Assembly: GCA_048498835.1 (NCBI GenBank)
Contig: JBEHXF010000030.1
Location: forward strand, 1 to 23,805
DNA from: Chlamydiota bacterium
GTDB lineage: Bacteria; Chlamydiota; Chlamydiia; Chlamydiales; SM23-39
DNA length: 23,805 bases
Direction: 5' to 3'
Shown here: positions 16,980 through 23,805 of the stretch, one piece after another
Layout: each line of letters opens with the position of its first letter
Numbering within the stretch: position 1 is the stretch's first letter
Program-made: the position numbers and the translations under genes
Notes under the pieces: model-generated
Databases searched by the model: none
Seen by the model: the letters and a program-made list of their open reading frames with translations, nothing else
Told to the model about the DNA's origin: nothing

Positions 16980-16995
16980 CACTACTAAGGTAGAA

Positions 16996-17424
16996 ATGGC
17001 AAAAAAACTTCTTAAAACTATCAAGCTGCAGATTCCGGCCGGAAAAGCCAATCCAGCACCTCCGGTGGGTACAGCCCTCGGGCCTGCTGGTATCAACATC
17101 ATGGCTTTCTGTAAGGAATTCAACGCAAAGACGCAAGATAAAGCTGGCGAGCTTCTCCCAGTGATTATCAGCGTTTACGCAGACAAGAGCTTTACCTTCA
17201 TTTTGAAGAAGCCTCCTGTCGCTAACATGATCAAGAAACTGCTCGGTCTCGAGTCGGGTTCTAAAGTTCCTAACCGCGATAAAGTCGGTAAAATGACGAA
17301 ATCGCAGGTTCGCGAGATTGCTAAAATGAAAGCCGAAGATATGCGGATTACCTCCGAAGACGCGGCAATGATGATGGTCATGGGAACAGCGCGTTCCATG
17401 GGCGTCGACATCGTGGAGGGATAA
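16996..17424 (+). CDS. rplK: 50S ribosomal protein L11
   Basis: [33 protein letters not shown]. Confidence 0.99.
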   Translation: MAKKLLKTIKLQIPAGKANPAPPVGTALGPAGINIMAFCKEFNAKTQDKAGELLPVIISVYADKSFTFILKKPPVANMIKKLLGLESGSKVPNRDKVGKMTKSQVREIAKMKAEDMRITSEDAAMMMVMGTARSMGVDIVEG

Positions 17425-17427
17425 CCG

Positions 17428-18129
17428 ATGGCAAATCGCTCAAAGAGAATGAGAGAAATCGACAACCTGATCGATTCAACAAGAATTTACAAGCTAGATG
17501 AAGCTTGCGATCTTCTGAAGAAAATGCCCCCCGTAAAGTTCGACCAATCGGTCAACGTTGCGCTGAGAGTTGGCGTGGATCCTAAGAAATCGGATCAGCA
17601 AGTTCGCGGTACCGTTTCTCTTCCTCACGGAACAGGCCAAAAAATCACTGTTTGCGTCATTGCAAAAGGTGAAAAGGCAAAAGAAGCGGAAGCTGCTGGT
17701 GCAGACTATGTCGGCGCTGACGATCTGCTTGAGAAAATCAAAGGTGGTTGGACAGACTTTACTGTTCTCGTCGCTACACCTGATATGATGCGCGAACTCG
17801 GTAAATTGGGTAAGGTTCTCGGACCAAGAGGCCTGATGCCTACACCGAAAGCGGGTACGGTAACAACCGATGTCGCTAAGGCAGTGAAAGAATCTAAAGG
17901 CGGTAAAATTGAGTTTAAAGTCGATAAGACTGGAAACATCAACAATGCTGTCGGCAAGGTTTCGTTTACACCTGCAAATCTCGCAGACAACATCAAAACG
18001 CTTCTACAAGCGATTAACAAAGCTAAGCCTTCAAGTGCAAAAGGGATCTTCCTCCGTTCGATGTATCTCTCGACCACGATGGGCCCTGGCTTGAAGATCG
18101 ATTTGTCGAACTTTGCGGCTGGATCCTAA
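17428..18129 (+). CDS. rplA: 50S ribosomal protein L1
   Basis: [43 protein letters not shown]. Confidence 0.99.
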   Translation: MANRSKRMREIDNLIDSTRIYKLDEACDLLKKMPPVKFDQSVNVALRVGVDPKKSDQQVRGTVSLPHGTGQKITVCVIAKGEKAKEAEAAGADYVGADDLLEKIKGGWTDFTVLVATPDMMRELGKLGKVLGPRGLMPTPKAGTVTTDVAKAVKESKGGKIEFKVDKTGNINNAVGKVSFTPANLADNIKTLLQAINKAKPSSAKGIFLRSMYLSTTMGPGLKIDLSNFAAGS

Positions 18130-18142
18130 GGAGAGGAATTTC

Positions 18143-18658
18143 ATGAGAGATGAAAAGCAATTGCTTCTGAATGAGATCAAAGAAAAGATCGATTCCTCGA
18201 CCGCGATGATCGTGGCTCGTTACGCAAAGTTACCTGCAAACGGTTCTTGGCAGCTGAGAAGCCGATTGGCTGAAGCTGGGAGCTTGTTTGAGGTTGTGCG
18301 CAAAAGAGTGTTTCTAAAAGCCGCTGAAATGTCAGGCCTCAAATTCGATGATTCGGAAATGACAGGTCATATCGGCGTTGTTTTTGTGAACCAACCCGAT
18401 GCGCTCGCGTCAGCGAAAGCCTTGATGAAATTCTCTTCGGAGAACGCCGATTCGCTCGAGGTCGTGTGTGGCCAAATCGAGGGCAAAATGGTTCCGGGTG
18501 CGGAAGTTGTCATGCTTTCGAAACTCCCAGGACTCAACGAGATGAGAGCAGAGTTCCTCGCCCTTCTCGTATCGCCGATGTCGCATACTCTATCCGTTTT
18601 GGATGCTGCGATGTCTGGTCCGCTCTCGGTGATTGAGCAAAAAAGTCAAACAGAATGA
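18143..18658 (+). CDS. rplJ: 50S ribosomal protein L10
   Basis: MRDEKQLLLNEIKEKI...LSKLP; located between rplA and rplL; SD GGAGAGG before ATG 18143. Confidence 0.96.
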   Translation: MRDEKQLLLNEIKEKIDSSTAMIVARYAKLPANGSWQLRSRLAEAGSLFEVVRKRVFLKAAEMSGLKFDDSEMTGHIGVVFVNQPDALASAKALMKFSSENADSLEVVCGQIEGKMVPGAEVVMLSKLPGLNEMRAEFLALLVSPMSHTLSVLDAAMSGPLSVIEQKSQTE

Positions 18659-18675
18659 TTTAGGAGAAATATACA

Positions 18676-19062
18676 ATGAGTCAACATCTAGATGATCTAG
18701 TAGAAAAGCTGAGCCAACTCTCTGTACTCGATATGGCTAAGCTCAAAGAAAAACTCGAATCAAAATGGGGCGTAAAAGCGGCTGTTGCTGCTGCTGCAGC
18801 TCCTGCTGCCGCTGCTGCAGCGCCTGCTGCTTCTGATTCGACAGATTTCAAAGTTATTCTTGAAGGCCCAATTCCAGATGACAAGAAAATCGCAGTTATT
18901 AAAGCGGTTCGCGAAGTCACTGGCCTAGGCTTGAAAGAGGCGAAAGATATCGTCGAAGGAGCTCCAAAAGATCTCAAAGCATCTGCTCCAAAAGCAGAAG
19001 CTGATGAAATTCAGAAGAAGCTTCAAGCTGCTGGTGCAAAAGTTACCCTGAAAGGGCTGTAA
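18676..19062 (+). CDS. rplL: 50S ribosomal protein L7/L12
   Basis: Ala-rich hinge, [27 protein letters not shown]. Confidence 0.99.
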   Translation: MSQHLDDLVEKLSQLSVLDMAKLKEKLESKWGVKAAVAAAAAPAAAAAAPAASDSTDFKVILEGPIPDDKKIAVIKAVREVTGLGLKEAKDIVEGAPKDLKASAPKAEADEIQKKLQAAGAKVTLKGL

Positions 19063-19094
19063 AAACTTTGTACGATTTGGTATTGTTAACAAGC

Positions 19095-19132
19095 GCAGGA
19101 GCCACTTAGGTGGCTTCTGCCTGTTCGTTTTT
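19095..19132 (+). terminator. Attenuator/terminator-like hairpin between rplL and rpoB
   Basis: GCAGGAGCCAC-TTAG-GTGGCTTCTGC then CTGTTCGTTTTT. Confidence 0.7.
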
Positions 19133-19190
19133 ACTAGTTTTGAGCGCTTAAAAGCGCCTTGTGTAGAAATACTGCTGTTGGAGTTGCCCC

Positions 19191-22949
<3,759 letters not shown>

Positions 22950-22967
22950 GATTAAAGGGGATTTTCG

Positions 22968-23805
22968 ATGTTTGATGCAGATGAAGATGTAAGAGCGTCT
23001 CAATTCGATAAGCTGACCATTAAGATTGCGTCTGATGATGTGATCCGCAACCAATGGTCGCGCGGTGAGATCAAAAAACCCGAAACAATTAACTACCGCA
23101 CCTTCAAGCCAGAGAAGGGCGGTTTGTTCTGCGAAAAGATTTTCGGTCCTACCCGGGATTGGGAGTGCGCTTGCGGAAAATATAAGAAGATCAAGCACAA
23201 AGGGATTGTTTGCGACCGCTGCGGCGTCGAAGTGACTCTCTCTAAAGTGCGCCGAGAGCGCATGGCCCACATTGATTTGGCTGTGCCTGTCGTCCACATT
23301 TGGTTCTTCAAGACAATGCCATCTCGTATCGGCAACATCTTGGGAATGTCCACATCGGATCTCGAGCGCGTCATTTACTACGAAGAATATGTAGTGACAG
23401 ATCCAGGTCGTACGGAACTGCAAAAAAAGCAGCTCTTGAACGATAACGAGTATCGAGAAGCGCAAGAGAAGTGGGGCAGCGATGCATTCACTGTTAAGAT
23501 GGGCGGCGAGGCGGTTCAAGAACTGCTCAAAACCGAAGATCTCAGCGGCCTCGTTGTCGACCTGAAAGACAAGCTCCGCAAGACCAAGTCGATGCAAGCT
23601 CGTATGAAGCTCGCCAAGCGTTTGAAAATTGTGGAAGGTTATGCGACATCGACCAACCGTCCCGATTGGATGGTTTTGGCTTGCGTTCCCGTCATTCCGC
23701 CAGATCTACGCCCTCTCGTTCCCCTCGATGGCGGTCGATTTGCGACATCTGATTTGAACGACCTGTATCGCCGAGTCATCAACCGAAATAACCGTTTGAA
23801 ATCGA
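22968..23805 (+). CDS. rpoC: DNA-directed RNA polymerase subunit beta', partial (runs off the window)
   Basis: Manual translation from ATG 22968: [22 protein letters not shown]...[35 protein letters not shown]...[34 protein letters not shown]. Confidence 0.99.
   Translation, partial: MFDADEDVRASQFDKLTIKIASDDVIRNQWSRGEIKKPETINYRTFKPEKGGLFCEKIFGPTRDWECACGKYKKIKHKGIVCDRCGVEVTLSKVRRERMAHIDLAVPVVHIWFFKTMPSRIGNILGMSTSDLERVIYYEEYVVTDPGRTELQKKQLLNDNEYREAQEKWGSDAFTVKMGGEAVQELLKTEDLSGLVVDLKDKLRKTKSMQARMKLAKRLKIVEGYATSTNRPDWMVLACVPVIPPDLRPLVPLDGGRFATSDLNDLYRRVINRNNRLKS

Noticed and set aside
18778..18832. GCT-rich quasi-microsatellite
   Set aside because: Encodes the normal Ala-rich L7/L12 hinge.

Overview
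Gene-dense window from a member of the Chlamydiota, most likely an environmental, non-Chlamydiaceae lineage. The assignment rests on chlamydial-type EF-Tu/RpoB sequences, the sufE/infA-tRNA-Thr-tuf-tRNA-Trp-secE-nusG-rplKAJL-rpoBC order, and DUF1207/LOG/MYG1/HIT genes. The right half (14.3-23.8 kb) is core transcription/translation machinery, with two CCA-less tRNAs, an L1-type leader before rplK and hairpins after tuf and rplL. The left half holds a partial efflux outer-membrane lipoprotein, an MFS transporter, a DUF1207 beta-barrel, a large LOG-domain protein, YbhB/YbcL, MYG1, HIT, a standalone BPL-N, a HEAT-repeat protein, an M24 peptidase and SufE. Four orphan ORFs are interspersed: a Cys-string/Pro-rich mini-protein, an internally duplicated protein, a low-GC orphan and an Inc-like membrane protein. 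No mobile element, CRISPR array or rRNA was seen. The best candidates for new biology are inferences: a possible nucleotide scavenging module (MFS + DUF1207 + LOG + MYG1 + HIT), a possible His-x-Ser active site in DUF1207, and the effector-like orphans.
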